Shown: in pieces, positions 51,298 through 61,637 of the stretch
Layout of the letters: every line of letters begins with the position of its first letter
Position numbering within the stretch: position 1 is the first letter of the stretch
Origin: Acidimicrobiales bacterium
GTDB lineage: Bacteria > Actinomycetota > Acidimicrobiia > Acidimicrobiales > CAIXPF01
Assembly (NCBI GenBank): GCA_020846295.1
Contig: JADLEF010000371.1
Coordinates: 4,959 to 68,958 of the forward strand
Length of the DNA: 64,000 nt
Direction of reading: 5' to 3'
Notes under the pieces: model-generated
Database searches by the model: none
Told to the model about the DNA's origin: nothing
Seen by the model: only the letters and a program-made list of their open reading frames with translations
Program-made: the position numbers and the translations under genes

Positions 51298-51388
51298 CGC
51301 CGTCCGTCCCGGCGGTCTGCAGCGAAGCAACCCCTCCGCCTCGTAGCGGGCCGCCGGGATTCATCCGTTCTGTCGGGGGAGCGCCGAG

Positions 51389-52141
51389 TTGTCCGAGTAC
51401 ACGCAGATCCGTTGCGAGTGCGACGGCCCGCTCGCCACGATCACCCTGGACCGGCCGGACGCCCTCAACGCCATCACCCCCACGATGCTCGAGGAGCTCG
51501 GCCACGCGTTCGGCGAGCTGGCGGGCTGCCCCGATGTCGTCGTGGTGGTGCTCACCGGTGCCGGCCGCGCCTTCAGCGCCGGGGTGGACCTCAAGGCGCT
51601 GGGCGCCCGCAAGCTCGAGCAGGGCAAGGTCGGTGCCATCCTCGATGTGCCGGCCCGCGCCGTGACCGCCGCCATCGCCGGGCTCGACAAGATCGTCATC
51701 GCCAAGGTCAACGGGCACTGCTTCACCGGCGCCCTGGAGCTGGCGCTGGCCTGCGACCTGATGGCGGTCGCGGCGGAGGCCACCATCGGGGACACCCACG
51801 CCAAGTTCGGCATCCGACCCACCTGGGGGATGAGCGCCCGCCTGCCGTGGGCCGTGGGTCCCCAGGCGGCCAGGTTGCTCTCCTTCACCGCACGCTCCAT
51901 CAAGGGCGAGGACGCCATGCGGCTCGGTATGGCCGCGCTGTGCACCCCGCGGGCGGAGCTGGACGCCGCGGTCGATGCGCTGGTGGCGGAGATCACCGCC
52001 AACAGCGCCACCGCCCTGGCCGCCTACAAGGACCTGTACCGCGCCGGTGCCGGTGCCACCCTGGCCGAGGCGCTCGCCTACGAGTACGGCACCGACTACG
52101 ACCTGGCCGACACCGAGGAACGCCTCGCCCCCTGGCGCTGA
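51389..52141 (+). CDS. Enoyl-CoA hydratase/isomerase family protein
   Basis: It shows the crotonase fold (VVVLTGAGRAFSAGVDL, NGHCFTGALELALACDL). TTG start as in the ORF track. Confidence 0.85.
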   Translation: MSEYTQIRCECDGPLATITLDRPDALNAITPTMLEELGHAFGELAGCPDVVVVVLTGAGRAFSAGVDLKALGARKLEQGKVGAILDVPARAVTAAIAGLDKIVIAKVNGHCFTGALELALACDLMAVAAEATIGDTHAKFGIRPTWGMSARLPWAVGPQAARLLSFTARSIKGEDAMRLGMAALCTPRAELDAAVDALVAEITANSATALAAYKDLYRAGAGATLAEALAYEYGTDYDLADTEERLAPWR

Positions 52142-52202
52142 GCGCGGCGTAGCATGCGGCGCACGCCCCGGGGGACGGGGCGAAGCGCAAGTAGGGGGAG
52201 CC

Positions 52203-53231
52203 ATGGCCGCAACGGGGACAGCAACGGCGCTCGACGGCGCCACCATCGGGATCGGCACGGTCGGGGCCGGCGCGTGGTTCAGCTTCGACGGGGGTGACCG
52301 GTTCCGCCACGTGTACCGCCACCTCGAACCGGAGGGCAACGTCCGGGCCATGACGGTGAGCCCGCACGATCCGGCCACGGTGTACGCGGTGTGCGACCGC
52401 GTCGGGCTGTTCGTCAGCCGCGACCGGGGCTACCTGTGGGAGCCGGTCAACAAGGACGTGTGCACCGAGGACCTGTGGTCGCTCACCGTCGACCCCCACG
52501 ATGCCGACACCATCTACGTCGGCGGCCGACCCACCCTGTACCGATCCGTTGACGGGGGAGCGACGTTCGACGCACTGCCCACCGGGCTGGGCCCGAACTG
52601 CCCGATCGGCGCGCCGCGCATCACCAACGTCGTGGTCGATCCCGCCGACCGGGACGGTCTGTGGCTCGGCGTCGAGGTGGACGGGATCTACCACTCGAGC
52701 GATCGGGGTGCCACGTTCACCCACCTGCCCGACCCGGGCGAAACGCCGTTCCACGGAGACATCCACGGCCTGGCGTTGCGTCGGGCCACCGGGGCTGAGC
52801 GGACCCAGGTCCTCATCGGCACGCCGTTCGGCCTCGGCACCAGCGACGACGGCGGCCAGTCCTTCGCCTGGCGCAGCTTCGAGGGATTCCCCATCGGCAG
52901 CGGCAACCCCTACGCCTACTGTCGCGGCGTGTTCGTGTGGCCGAACGACCCCGACACCATCCTCGTCGGATGCGGGGACTACATCCCGGGTCGCATCGGC
53001 GCCATCGAGATCTCCCGCGACGGCGGGGCCAGCTTCGAGCGGGCGGCCCTACCGGTGCCGCCCAACTCGACCGTCTACTGGATGGCGACCCACCCCGACC
53101 TGCCCGGCATGATCGCCGCGGCCAGCGTGTTCGGTCAGGTGTTCGTGTCCGCCGACACCGGGCGGAGCTGGGCCAAGCTCGACCGGGAGTTCGGCGAGAT
53201 CCGCTCGGTGACCCTGGCGCCCTCCGCGTGA
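52203..53231 (+). CDS. BNR/Asp-box repeat beta-propeller protein
   Basis: Five Asp-box-like motifs are present: SVDGGATF, SSDRGATF, TSDDGGQSF, SRDGGASF, SADTGRSW. A GGGGGAG RBS precedes ATG 52203. Confidence 0.8.
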   Translation: MAATGTATALDGATIGIGTVGAGAWFSFDGGDRFRHVYRHLEPEGNVRAMTVSPHDPATVYAVCDRVGLFVSRDRGYLWEPVNKDVCTEDLWSLTVDPHDADTIYVGGRPTLYRSVDGGATFDALPTGLGPNCPIGAPRITNVVVDPADRDGLWLGVEVDGIYHSSDRGATFTHLPDPGETPFHGDIHGLALRRATGAERTQVLIGTPFGLGTSDDGGQSFAWRSFEGFPIGSGNPYAYCRGVFVWPNDPDTILVGCGDYIPGRIGAIEISRDGGASFERAALPVPPNSTVYWMATHPDLPGMIAAASVFGQVFVSADTGRSWAKLDREFGEIRSVTLAPSA

Positions 53232-53268
53232 CCCGCCGGCCCGGACGCCGGCGGTAGCGTTCGGGCCC

Positions 53269-54687
53269 ATGACGCCCGAGGAGTTCCGCCAGGCCGGCCA
53301 CGCCCTCATCGACTGGATCGCCGACTACCGCACCCGCATCCCGGAGCTTCCGGTGGGCGCCCAGGTCCAGCCGGGGGAGGTGCGCGCCGCGCTCGGGGTC
53401 GACCCGCCGGTCGGGGTCGAGCCGTTCGACGCGCTGCTCGCCGACCTCGACCGGATCATCGTGCCCGGCGTGACCCTCACCCAGCATCCGCGGTTCTTCG
53501 GCTGGTTCCCTTCGAACGCGACCCTCAGCTCGGTGCTCGGCGACATCGCGTCGTCCGGCATCGCCGCCTTGGGCATCACCTGGCAGTCCGCCCCGGCGCT
53601 CACCGAGCTCGAGGAGGCGTGCTGCGAATGGCTGCGCGAGCTGTGCGGGCTGTCGCCGCAGTGGCGGGGTTCCATCCACGACACCGCCTCCACCGCCGCC
53701 CTCGTCGCCATGCTGTGCGCCCGCGAACGCGCCAGCGACCACGCCCAGACCCGCGGCGGCCTGCGCGACGTCGCCCCGCTGGCGGTCTACGCATCGCCCC
53801 ACGCCCACTCGTCGGTGACCAAGGCGGCGCTGCTGGCCGGGTTCGGCCAGCACCACCTGCGGTTCGTGGAGGTCGACCCGGTCACCTACGCGCTGCGCGC
53901 CGATGCGTTGGCCGCCGCCATGGAGCGGGATGTGGCCGCCGGTCTGCGCCCCGCCGCCATCGTGGCCAGCGTGGGCACCACCGGTACCAACGCCTTCGAC
54001 CCGCTGCCCGAGCTGGTCGAGCTGGCCCGGCGCCACGGCGCATGGCTGCACGTGGATGCGGCCATGGCCGGAGCGGCGATGCTGCTGGAGGAACAGCGCT
54101 GGCGCTTCGAGGGCATCGACGGTGCGGATTCGATCAGCTGGAACCCGCACAAGTGGATGGGCACCATCCTCGATTGCTCGCTGTTCTACGTGCGCGACCC
54201 GCAACACCTCATCCGGGTCATGTCGACCAACCCCAGCGACCTGCGCTCGGCGGTCGATGACGAGGTGACCCAGCTGAAGGACTGGGGCGTGCCGCTGGGG
54301 CGTCGCTTCCGAGCCCTGAAGATCTGGTTCCAGCTGCGTCTCGACGGCCTCGAGTCGATCAAGGCACGGCTGCGCCGCGACCTGGCCAACGCACAGTGGC
54401 TGGCCGAGCAGGTCGAGGCCACGCCGGGCTGGCGGGTCCTCGCCCCGGTGCAGCTGCAGACGGTCTGCCTCCGCCATGAACCGGAGGGCATGGGTGCCGA
54501 CGAGCTCGACGCGCACACCCAACGCTGGGCGGGGTCGCTGAACGCGTCCGGTCGGGCGTTCGTCACGCCGTCGCTGCTCGACGGGCGGTGGATGGTGCGG
54601 GTGTCGGTCGGGGCGGAGCACACCGAGGCCGATGACGTGGCCGCCGGTTGGGAGGCGATCCGGGCGGCGGCCACCGCGAGCTGCTAA
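53269..54687 (+). CDS. PLP-dependent group II decarboxylase (aromatic-L-amino-acid decarboxylase-like)
   Basis: HPRFFGWFPS, the HVDAA motif (seen as WLHVDAAMAG) and the PLP-lysine motif SWNPHKW are present. Confidence 0.85.
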   Translation: MTPEEFRQAGHALIDWIADYRTRIPELPVGAQVQPGEVRAALGVDPPVGVEPFDALLADLDRIIVPGVTLTQHPRFFGWFPSNATLSSVLGDIASSGIAALGITWQSAPALTELEEACCEWLRELCGLSPQWRGSIHDTASTAALVAMLCARERASDHAQTRGGLRDVAPLAVYASPHAHSSVTKAALLAGFGQHHLRFVEVDPVTYALRADALAAAMERDVAAGLRPAAIVASVGTTGTNAFDPLPELVELARRHGAWLHVDAAMAGAAMLLEEQRWRFEGIDGADSISWNPHKWMGTILDCSLFYVRDPQHLIRVMSTNPSDLRSAVDDEVTQLKDWGVPLGRRFRALKIWFQLRLDGLESIKARLRRDLANAQWLAEQVEATPGWRVLAPVQLQTVCLRHEPEGMGADELDAHTQRWAGSLNASGRAFVTPSLLDGRWMVRVSVGAEHTEADDVAAGWEAIRAAATASC

Positions 54688-54699
54688 CAACGGCTCCCT

Positions 54700-55599
54700 A
54701 TGGTCTCCGAAATCTTCGACGCTTCGGCCTGGGATGAGGTCGGCGGGTTCGACTTCGCCGACATCACCTACCACCGGGCCAAGGCCCACGGCACGGTGCG
54801 CATCGCCTTCAACCGACCCGAGATCCGCAACGCGTTCCGTCCGGCCACCGTGGACGAGCTGTACCGGGCGCTCGATCACGCCCGCATGTCCACCGACGTG
54901 GGGTGCGTGCTGCTCACCGGCAACGGGCCCTCGCCGCGCGACGGGGGATGGGCGTTCTGCTCGGGCGGGGACCAGCGCATCCGGGGCCGGGACGGCTACA
55001 GGTACGCGGAGGGCGAGACCGCGGCGACGATCGACCCGGGCAAGACCGGCCGGTTGCACATCCTCGAGGTCCAGCGGCTGATCCGGTTCATGCCCAAGGT
55101 CGTCATCTGCGTGGTGCCGGGCTGGGCGGCCGGCGGTGGGCACAGCCTGCACGTGGTCTCCGACCTGACCCTCGCCAGCCGCGAGCACGCCCGCTTCAAG
55201 CAGACCGATGCCGATGTGGCCAGCTTCGACGGCGGCTTCGGCTCGGCGTACCTGGCCCGCCAGGTCGGCCAGAAGTTCGCCCGCGAGATCTTCTTCCTCG
55301 GCCAGGAGTACAGCGCGGAGGAGGGCAACCGCATGGGCGTGGTGAACAAGGTGGTCGACCACGCCGAGCTCGAGGCGACCGCGTTGGAGTGGGGCCGGAT
55401 CATCAACAGCAAGAGCCCCACCGCGCAGCGGATGCTGAAGTACTCGTTCAACCTGATCGACGACGGGTTGGTCGGCCAGCAGGTGTTCGCCGGGGAGGCG
55501 ACCCGCCTGGCCTCCATGACCGACGAAGCGGCCGAGGGCCGCGACGCGTTCCTGGAGAAGCGGGACCCGGACTGGTCCCCGTTCCCCTGGCACTTCTGA
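54700..55599 (+). CDS. menB: 1,4-dihydroxy-2-naphthoyl-CoA synthase
   Basis: FNRPEIRNAFRP, FCSGGDQ, GWAAGGGHSLHVVSDLT and the C-terminal AFLEKRDPDW..F are present. Confidence 0.88.
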   Translation: MVSEIFDASAWDEVGGFDFADITYHRAKAHGTVRIAFNRPEIRNAFRPATVDELYRALDHARMSTDVGCVLLTGNGPSPRDGGWAFCSGGDQRIRGRDGYRYAEGETAATIDPGKTGRLHILEVQRLIRFMPKVVICVVPGWAAGGGHSLHVVSDLTLASREHARFKQTDADVASFDGGFGSAYLARQVGQKFAREIFFLGQEYSAEEGNRMGVVNKVVDHAELEATALEWGRIINSKSPTAQRMLKYSFNLIDDGLVGQQVFAGEATRLASMTDEAAEGRDAFLEKRDPDWSPFPWHF

Positions 55600-55600
55600 G

Positions 55601-55654
55601 CCGACCGGGCCGACCGGGCCGACCGGGCCGATCGGGCCGACCGGGCCGACCGGG
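55601..55654. repeat. 9-bp tandem repeat CCGACCGGG x6
   Basis: There are six consecutive units, with the fourth reading CCGATCGGG. The array starts 2 nt after the menB stop, in the spacer between the convergent menB and DUF72 genes. Confidence 0.9.
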
Positions 55655-55688
55655 GACCGGCCCTGCCACACCGACCGGTATGGCAGGG

Positions 55689-56576
55689 TCAACCGAGGTC
55701 GAGGTCCAGGGCGGGCTCGTCGGGTTCACCGGGCCCGGTGGTGGCCGCCGGGGTAGAGGGCCTGCTGACCGAGCCGCCCGACGCAACGGCCAACTCGCGC
55801 TGGAAGCGCAGCGCCTGCAGCGGTGCGTCGACGTTGTCCGCGGTATGGAAGAACAGGGTCGGCTCGCGGCCCTGCTCGAGCCATCGCAACACGGCGGGGA
55901 ACCAGCTCACCCAGTGCGCAGCGGACACCTCCGGGTCGAGGTGGCCGATGAACCGCACCACCGGGTGAGCGGCGGTGGCGGTCGGCCGGACCGGCAGGCG
56001 CGGTTTGGCGCCGTGGGCGATGCGCTCCACCTCCTGGCGCGGGGCGGCGGAGAACAACGCCCGGCTGTCGAGGATCACCCGGTCTGCGTCGTGCTCGTGG
56101 AGCAGGTCGTTGAGGGCTCGCTCCGCCCCGCCGCCGGCGAAGAACTCGGGGTGGCGTACCTCGACCGCCCAGCCCCACGCCGCCGGCGCCCGCTCGAGGA
56201 ACCGGTCGAGCTCGGCGAGCCCGTCCGGGCCGAACGAGGCCGGCAGCTGGATCGATGTCGGGCCGCGCCGGGGCTCGAGCGCAGCGAGCCGCCCGCAGAA
56301 CTCGGCCAGCTCCGAGCCCGCGTCGCGGAGGCGCCGTTCGTGGGTGATGGTGCGCGGCAGCTTGAACAGGAAGCGGAACGGCGGTGGCGCCTCGGCTGCC
56401 CAGCGGGCCACCGTCGCCGCGCTGGGCAGGCCGTAGAACGTGGTGTTGCCTTCGACCGCGTCGAAGACGCGGGCGTAGTGCGCCAGCAGCTGCGCCGGGC
56501 GGGCGCCCGCCGGGAACAGCGTGCCGATCCACTCCTTGTTGGCCCACATGGCGCACCCGATCCGGACCTGGCCCAT
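55689..56576 (-). CDS. DUF72-family protein
   Basis: VRIGCAMWANKEWIGTLFP, FDAVEGNTTFYGLP, FRFLFKLPR and ILDSR are present. The ATG was verified at 56574-56576. Confidence 0.8.
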   Translation of the reverse strand: MGQVRIGCAMWANKEWIGTLFPAGARPAQLLAHYARVFDAVEGNTTFYGLPSAATVARWAAEAPPPFRFLFKLPRTITHERRLRDAGSELAEFCGRLAALEPRRGPTSIQLPASFGPDGLAELDRFLERAPAAWGWAVEVRHPEFFAGGGAERALNDLLHEHDADRVILDSRALFSAAPRQEVERIAHGAKPRLPVRPTATAAHPVVRFIGHLDPEVSAAHWVSWFPAVLRWLEQGREPTLFFHTADNVDAPLQALRFQRELAVASGGSVSRPSTPAATTGPGEPDEPALDLDLG

Positions 56577-56649
56577 GGGCAATGCTGGGCCGCGACCGGC
56601 CGGCGCGTGCAAACGCGGCGCCGGCCGGTGCGGACTGGCCCGGTCGCGC

Positions 56650-57036
56650 TCAGGCGGCGATCATCGGCGCCTCACCGCTGCTGCGCGAGGTGCGCTCCAC
56701 CTCCGCGGTGGCCCAGCGCAGCGACGGACCGATGTCATCGGCCACGATCTCCACCGTGCTGCGGCGATCACCGGACTCGGTCTGCCAGCTGCGCTGTTCC
56801 GGCCGGCCGACCACCATCACCAGGTCTCCCTTGTGCAGCGAGGCGGCGCAGTGCTCCGCCAGCGCCCGCCAGGCGACGACCGAGAAGTAGCTGGTGCTCT
56901 CCCGGGCGTCGCCGTCACCGGCGCGCCAACGGCGGTTGACCGCCACGCTCAACTCGGCCACCGCCACCCCGCCGCCGGTCACCCGGATGATCGGGTCGCG
57001 GGTCAGGTTGCCCACCAACGTCACCGTGCTGTCCAT
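56650..57036 (-). CDS. ssb: Single-stranded DNA-binding protein paralogue (short, no acidic tail)
   Basis: It shows the OB-fold signature VTLVGNLTRDPIIRVTGGGVAVAELSVAVNRR...SYFSVVAWRALAEH...KGDLVMVVGR. The product is 128 aa and ends ...GEAPMIAA. Confidence 0.8.
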   Translation of the reverse strand: MDSTVTLVGNLTRDPIIRVTGGGVAVAELSVAVNRRWRAGDGDARESTSYFSVVAWRALAEHCAASLHKGDLVMVVGRPEQRSWQTESGDRRSTVEIVADDIGPSLRWATAEVERTSRSSGEAPMIAA

Positions 57037-57229
57037 CGTGTCTGTTCCTTGCCACTGTCGTGCTCGCAAGGGGGAAGTCGTCGGCGATCGTACGCAGACC
57101 CTGTGACAGCCGAACGTGGATCGGGCCCGGCCGGACGGTCCGACCCTGTGGACAACCTCGGTGATCCACCGCCAAGACACAGGGTTGTTCCCCTTCCTGC
57201 CCACAGCCGCCCCGTCGTACCGTGCCCGC

Positions 57230-57481
57230 ATGGCGAGCTTCGAGGTGACCCTGAAGGACCATACCGTCGAGTACATCGACGAGGCGGATGCCTACCAGCA
57301 GGAGGGGACGATGACCACGTTCTTCCGCAACAGCGAGCCCCGCCAGGTGGTCGATTCGTGGAGCCACCGCGTGTTCTCGGTGCGCACCACCGAGGTGCTG
57401 ATGATCCGCCTCGTCGACGAGGCGTCGACGCTGCCGGGGGCTCGTCCCCTCTGGGCCGTGCACGCCGCGGCGACCAGCTAG
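57230..57481 (+). CDS. Small hypothetical protein (83 aa)
   Basis: It has good GC3 bias and balanced composition (MASFEVTLKDHTVEYIDEADAYQQEGTMTTFFRN...). Its stop lies 11 nt before the CoxL-like start. No family was recognised. Confidence 0.5.
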   Translation: MASFEVTLKDHTVEYIDEADAYQQEGTMTTFFRNSEPRQVVDSWSHRVFSVRTTEVLMIRLVDEASTLPGARPLWAVHAAATS

Positions 57482-57492
57482 GTTCCTGCCCC

Positions 57493-59859
57493 ATGGCTGG
57501 ATCGATCCTGGGTAACGCCGTCCGACGTCTCGAGGACCCGGCGCTGCTGCGCGGCCGCGCGACGTACATCGACAACCTCGACCTGCCCGACAAGGCGCAC
57601 GTCGTGTTCGTGCGCTCCGACGTCGCCCATGCCCGCATCACCGGCATCGACACCGCCGCGGCCGCCGCCATGGAGGGCGTGCTGGCCGTCTACGTGGCCG
57701 AGGACCTCGCCATCGCACCGTTCCACACCTTCGTCCCCGTCGCCGACGTGTTCGCCCGGCCCCCGCTCGCCGTCGGGACGGTGCGCTTCGTGGGCGATGC
57801 CGTCGCCGCCGTGATCGCCACCGACAAGCGCATCGCCGCCGACGCGGCCGAAGCGGTCGTGGTGGCGTACGAACCACTGCCGGTCATCGTGGATCCCGAG
57901 CGCGCCTTCGACGACGGCCAGCCGACCATCATCGAACCGCATGGCTCCAACGTGAGCTTCTCCAACATCGACCCCTACGACGACGGCTTCTTCGCCGACG
58001 CCGACGTCGTGGTGCGCGGCCGCTACGAGAACCAGCGCGTCGCCGTCGTGCCCATGGAGCCCAACAGCTTCGCTGCCGTCCCCGGCCCCGACGATCACAT
58101 CACCGTCTACGCCTCGACCCAGATGCCGCACCTCATCAAGCCGGCCATGAGCGCCATCCTGGGCCTGCCCGTCGAGCACATCCGCGTCATCGCCCCCGAC
58201 GTCGGCGGCGGGTTCGGTGGCAAGGCCGGCACCGCACCGGAGTACGCCGTGGTCGCCGCCGCCGCCCGCAAGCTGGGTCGGCCGTGCACGTGGACCGAGA
58301 CCCGCAGCGAGGACATGGTCGCCCTGCCCCACTCCAGGGCCCAGGTGCAATACGTCGAGCTCGGCTGCAAGCGCGACGGCACCTTCACCGGCCTGCGGGC
58401 CCGCATCGTGGGCGACAGCGGCGCCTACCCCGGCGTCGGCACCATGCTGCCGGGCGGCACCCGCCGCATGTCGCAGGGCAACTACGCGCTGCCCAAGCTC
58501 AGCGTCGACATCGCCTGCGCCGTCACCAACACCACGCCGACCGGCGCCTACCGCGGGGCCGGTCGTCCCGAGGCCGCCTCCATGGTGGAGCGCATCGTCG
58601 ACCAGGCCGCCATCGAGCTCGGCATCGAGCCGGCCGAGCTGCGCCGCAAGAACTTCCTGCAACCGGACCAGTTCCCCTTCGTCACCCACACCGGCGTCAC
58701 CTACGACAGCGGCGACTACGCCACCCCGCTGACCCGGGTGCTCGAGCTCGCCGGCTACGAGGAGCTGCGCGCCGAGCAGCGCCGCCGGCGCGCCGCCGGC
58801 GACCCGGTCCTGCTCGGCATCGGGCTGTCCACCTACGTGGAGATCACGGCGGGCGGCGGCAGCAGCGAGTTCGGGGCGGTGGAGATCGACGCCGACGGCG
58901 GCGCCACCATACGGGTAGGTACGTCCGGCCACGGGCAGGGCCACGCCACCAGCTTCGCCATGATCGTGGCCGACCGCCTCGGCATCGCGCTCGAGCAGAT
59001 CCGCCTCGTGCAGTCCGACACCGACCGCGTCCCCCGCGGCGGGGGGACCGGCGGGTCGCGCTCGCTGCAGCTCGGCGGGACCGCCGTCTACCAGGCCACC
59101 GAAGCGGTGTGGGACAAGGCCCGCTCCCTCGCCGCCGATCTCCTCGAGTGCGCCGCCGACGATGTCGTGGTGCACCCCGACGGCCGGGTCGGGGTGGCCG
59201 GCGTGCCCGCCACCGCGCTCACCTGGGCCGAGCTCGCCCGGCGCAGCCCCGAGCCGCTCGCCGCCGAGCTCGACTTCGACCAGCAGGGCGCCACCTTCCC
59301 CTTCGGCGCCCACATCGCGGTGGTCGAGATCGACAGCGACACCGGGCGCGTCACCCCCCTGCGCCACATCGCGGTCGACGACGCCGGCACGGTGCTCAAC
59401 CCGCTCATCCTCGCCGGCCAACAGCACGGCGGCGTCGCCTCCGGGGTCAGCCAGGCCCTCTACGAGCAGGTCCACTACGACGACCAGGGCAACCCGCAGA
59501 CCGCCAACCTGGCCGACTACGCCCTGCCATCCGCCGCGGAGCTCTCGAGCTTCGAGGTGCACTCGACCGAGACGCCCACCCCGCTCAACCCGCTCGGCGC
59601 CAAGGGGATCGGCGAGGCCGGTACCATCGGGGCCACGCCCGCGGTGCAGAACGCCGTCGTCGACGCCCTCGCCCACCTCGGCGTGCGCCACGTCGACATG
59701 CCGGCCACGCCCGAGCGGGTGTGGCGCACCATCGACGCCGCCCGGCGAGGGACCCTGCCCGATCCGTGGCGCGAGCCGCCCGCCATCTTCGAACAGCTGC
59801 GCCGCGCCGGCGCCGGGGCGGCGGACCAGGCCGCAGTCGAAGCCGCCGAAGGCGTGTGA
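57493..59859 (+). CDS. Xanthine dehydrogenase/CO dehydrogenase-family molybdopterin-binding large subunit (form II CoxL-like)
   Basis: [23 protein letters not shown] and the active-site loop [11 protein letters not shown] (the AYRGAGR type, not the AYRCSFR type) are present, as is the C-terminal [17 protein letters not shown]. Confidence 0.88.
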   Translation: MAGSILGNAVRRLEDPALLRGRATYIDNLDLPDKAHVVFVRSDVAHARITGIDTAAAAAMEGVLAVYVAEDLAIAPFHTFVPVADVFARPPLAVGTVRFVGDAVAAVIATDKRIAADAAEAVVVAYEPLPVIVDPERAFDDGQPTIIEPHGSNVSFSNIDPYDDGFFADADVVVRGRYENQRVAVVPMEPNSFAAVPGPDDHITVYASTQMPHLIKPAMSAILGLPVEHIRVIAPDVGGGFGGKAGTAPEYAVVAAAARKLGRPCTWTETRSEDMVALPHSRAQVQYVELGCKRDGTFTGLRARIVGDSGAYPGVGTMLPGGTRRMSQGNYALPKLSVDIACAVTNTTPTGAYRGAGRPEAASMVERIVDQAAIELGIEPAELRRKNFLQPDQFPFVTHTGVTYDSGDYATPLTRVLELAGYEELRAEQRRRRAAGDPVLLGIGLSTYVEITAGGGSSEFGAVEIDADGGATIRVGTSGHGQGHATSFAMIVADRLGIALEQIRLVQSDTDRVPRGGGTGGSRSLQLGGTAVYQATEAVWDKARSLAADLLECAADDVVVHPDGRVGVAGVPATALTWAELARRSPEPLAAELDFDQQGATFPFGAHIAVVEIDSDTGRVTPLRHIAVDDAGTVLNPLILAGQQHGGVASGVSQALYEQVHYDDQGNPQTANLADYALPSAAELSSFEVHSTETPTPLNPLGAKGIGEAGTIGATPAVQNAVVDALAHLGVRHVDMPATPERVWRTIDAARRGTLPDPWREPPAIFEQLRRAGAGAADQAAVEAAEGV

Positions 59860-59869
59860 GCACGCCCCG

Positions 59870-60586
59870 GTGACCACCACCGACTGGAACCCGCTGCTGC
59901 GCGGCGAGTTCGAGAAGGACTACTGGAAGCAGCTCCAGCGCTTCATCGCCGAGGAGCGCACCCGGGCGGCGGTGTTCCCGCCGCCGGAGGAGACCTTCGC
60001 CGCGCTGCACCTGACCCCGTTCTCCGAGGTCAAGGTCCTCATCCTCGGCCAGGACCCCTACCACGGGCCCGGTCAGGCCCACGGGCTGTGCTTCTCGGTT
60101 CGCGACGGCGTCACGCTGCCGCCGTCGCTGCAGAACATCTACCGGGAGCTGCACGACGACCTCGGCTGTCAGATCCCCGCCACCGGAGACCTCAGCGCCT
60201 GGGCCCGGCAGGGGGTCCTGTTGCTCAACGCGGTGCTGACGGTGCGCGCCCGCAGCGCCGGCTCGCACGCCAACAAGGGGTGGGAGCGCTTCACCGACGA
60301 GGTGATCCGCACGGTGTCGGCCAAGCCGGAGCGCGTGGTGTTCATCCTGTGGGGGGCCTACGCCCGCAAGAAGACGGCGTTGATCGACCGGGACCGCCAC
60401 ACCGTCCTCGAATCCGCCCACCCGTCGCCGCTGTCGGCCCACAACGGCTTCTTCGGCAGCCGACCGTTCTCCGCTGCGAACCGGGCGCTCGAAGCGGCCG
60501 GCCGCCCCCCGGTGCGATGGTGCCTCGACGAACCACCAGATGACCCGACAGGCGACGCTCGCATGACGACTGTGCGGTCGCAGTAG
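59870..60586 (+). CDS. ung: Uracil-DNA glycosylase (family 1)
   Basis: [31 protein letters not shown] and HPSPLSA are present. GTG start at 59870. Confidence 0.9.
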   Translation: MTTTDWNPLLRGEFEKDYWKQLQRFIAEERTRAAVFPPPEETFAALHLTPFSEVKVLILGQDPYHGPGQAHGLCFSVRDGVTLPPSLQNIYRELHDDLGCQIPATGDLSAWARQGVLLLNAVLTVRARSAGSHANKGWERFTDEVIRTVSAKPERVVFILWGAYARKKTALIDRDRHTVLESAHPSPLSAHNGFFGSRPFSAANRALEAAGRPPVRWCLDEPPDDPTGDARMTTVRSQ

Positions 60587-60710
60587 CAATTCGCGCCGCG
60601 ATCGGCTGGAATAGAGCGCAGTTGGGGGCGCAGAGCGCCGATCCGGGATCCGGCGGGATCCCGCTCCGGTGCACTGACGCGGGCGACCACCTCGTACGAA
60701 GGGAGTCGCC

Positions 60711-61586
60711 ATGTGCACCGAACACCATGCCAAGGGGCCGGGACGGGCTGCCGTGTCGGGGGCCGCGCGACTCGACGGCGGTCGCCCGGTCCGTGCCACC
60801 CGACGGCGCTTCCTTGCCGGTGGACTCGGCGCGATCGCAGGGACGCTCGGCGGTGGGCTGCTGCTGGGCGGCACGGTGGCAGCCGAGGAGGCCTCCGTCG
60901 AACGCTCCGGCGGCGTCTCGCTGCCCTCGTACCACAACCGGCCCAGCTGGGGCGCGGACGAGGCGCTGCGGCTCAAGCAGGACGGCACCGTCGACTACCC
61001 GGTGTCGTTCTTCCCGGTGCAGAAGATCACCGTGCACCACACCGCCTCGTGGACGCCGTGGAGCGAGGACGAGTCAGTCGAGCTGCTGCAGGCGGTCTAC
61101 CGCGAGCACATCGCCCAGGAGTTCGGCGACATCGGCTACCACCTGCTGATCGATCCGCTGGGCACCGTGTACGAGGGCCGGTACTCCGGCGGCACCAGCT
61201 TCCCGGTCTACGACAACTACCCGAGCGAGCCGGCGTGGGCGCCGCAGGCGGTGAACGCAGCTCATACCTTCCAGTACAACGCGGGCAACATCGGGATCTC
61301 GATCATGGGCGACTACGACGCCCACGACATCAGCGACGAGGCGTGGTGGGCGCTCAAGACGACCATCGCCCTCATCTGCGCCAACACCGGCATCGATCCG
61401 CTCGGCGAGTCGCTCTACACGAACCCGATCAACGGGGTCGAGGCGATGCTGCCCAACGTGCTGCCCCACCGCACCGTCGCCGGCACCGACTGCCCCGGTG
61501 CGTACATCGTGCAGTACTTCGACCAGCTGCGCGACGAGGTCGCCGCCCTCATCCCTGCCCTCGGCACCGCCACCTGGCTCGCCTGA
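60711..61586 (+). CDS. Tat-exported N-acetylmuramoyl-L-alanine amidase (Amidase_2/PGRP domain)
   Basis: The twin-arginine motif is TRRRFLAGG. ITVHHTAS, IGYHLLIDPLGTVYEGR and a C-terminal DCPG are present. A GAAGGGAG RBS lies upstream. Confidence 0.8.
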   Translation: MCTEHHAKGPGRAAVSGAARLDGGRPVRATRRRFLAGGLGAIAGTLGGGLLLGGTVAAEEASVERSGGVSLPSYHNRPSWGADEALRLKQDGTVDYPVSFFPVQKITVHHTASWTPWSEDESVELLQAVYREHIAQEFGDIGYHLLIDPLGTVYEGRYSGGTSFPVYDNYPSEPAWAPQAVNAAHTFQYNAGNIGISIMGDYDAHDISDEAWWALKTTIALICANTGIDPLGESLYTNPINGVEAMLPNVLPHRTVAGTDCPGAYIVQYFDQLRDEVAALIPALGTATWLA

Positions 61587-61637
61587 CCCGGCCGGGCGGC
61601 GACCGACAGGGAGCCGACCAGCAGGTAGCGTTGGCCC

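Noticed and set aside
55601-55654. The tandem repeats at 55601-55654, 46741-46800 and 29157-29186, considered as possible CRISPR arrays.
   Set aside because: The units are only 9-15 bp and directly abutting, with no unique spacers. No cas genes are present.
52813-55692. A 959-aa minus-strand ORF beginning with a collagen-like VGPVGPIGPVGPVGPVG stretch.
   Set aside because: The Gly-Pro-Val stretch is just the translated 9-bp tandem repeat at 55601-55654. The rest is antisense to the menB, decarboxylase and BNR genes and has shadow-frame composition.
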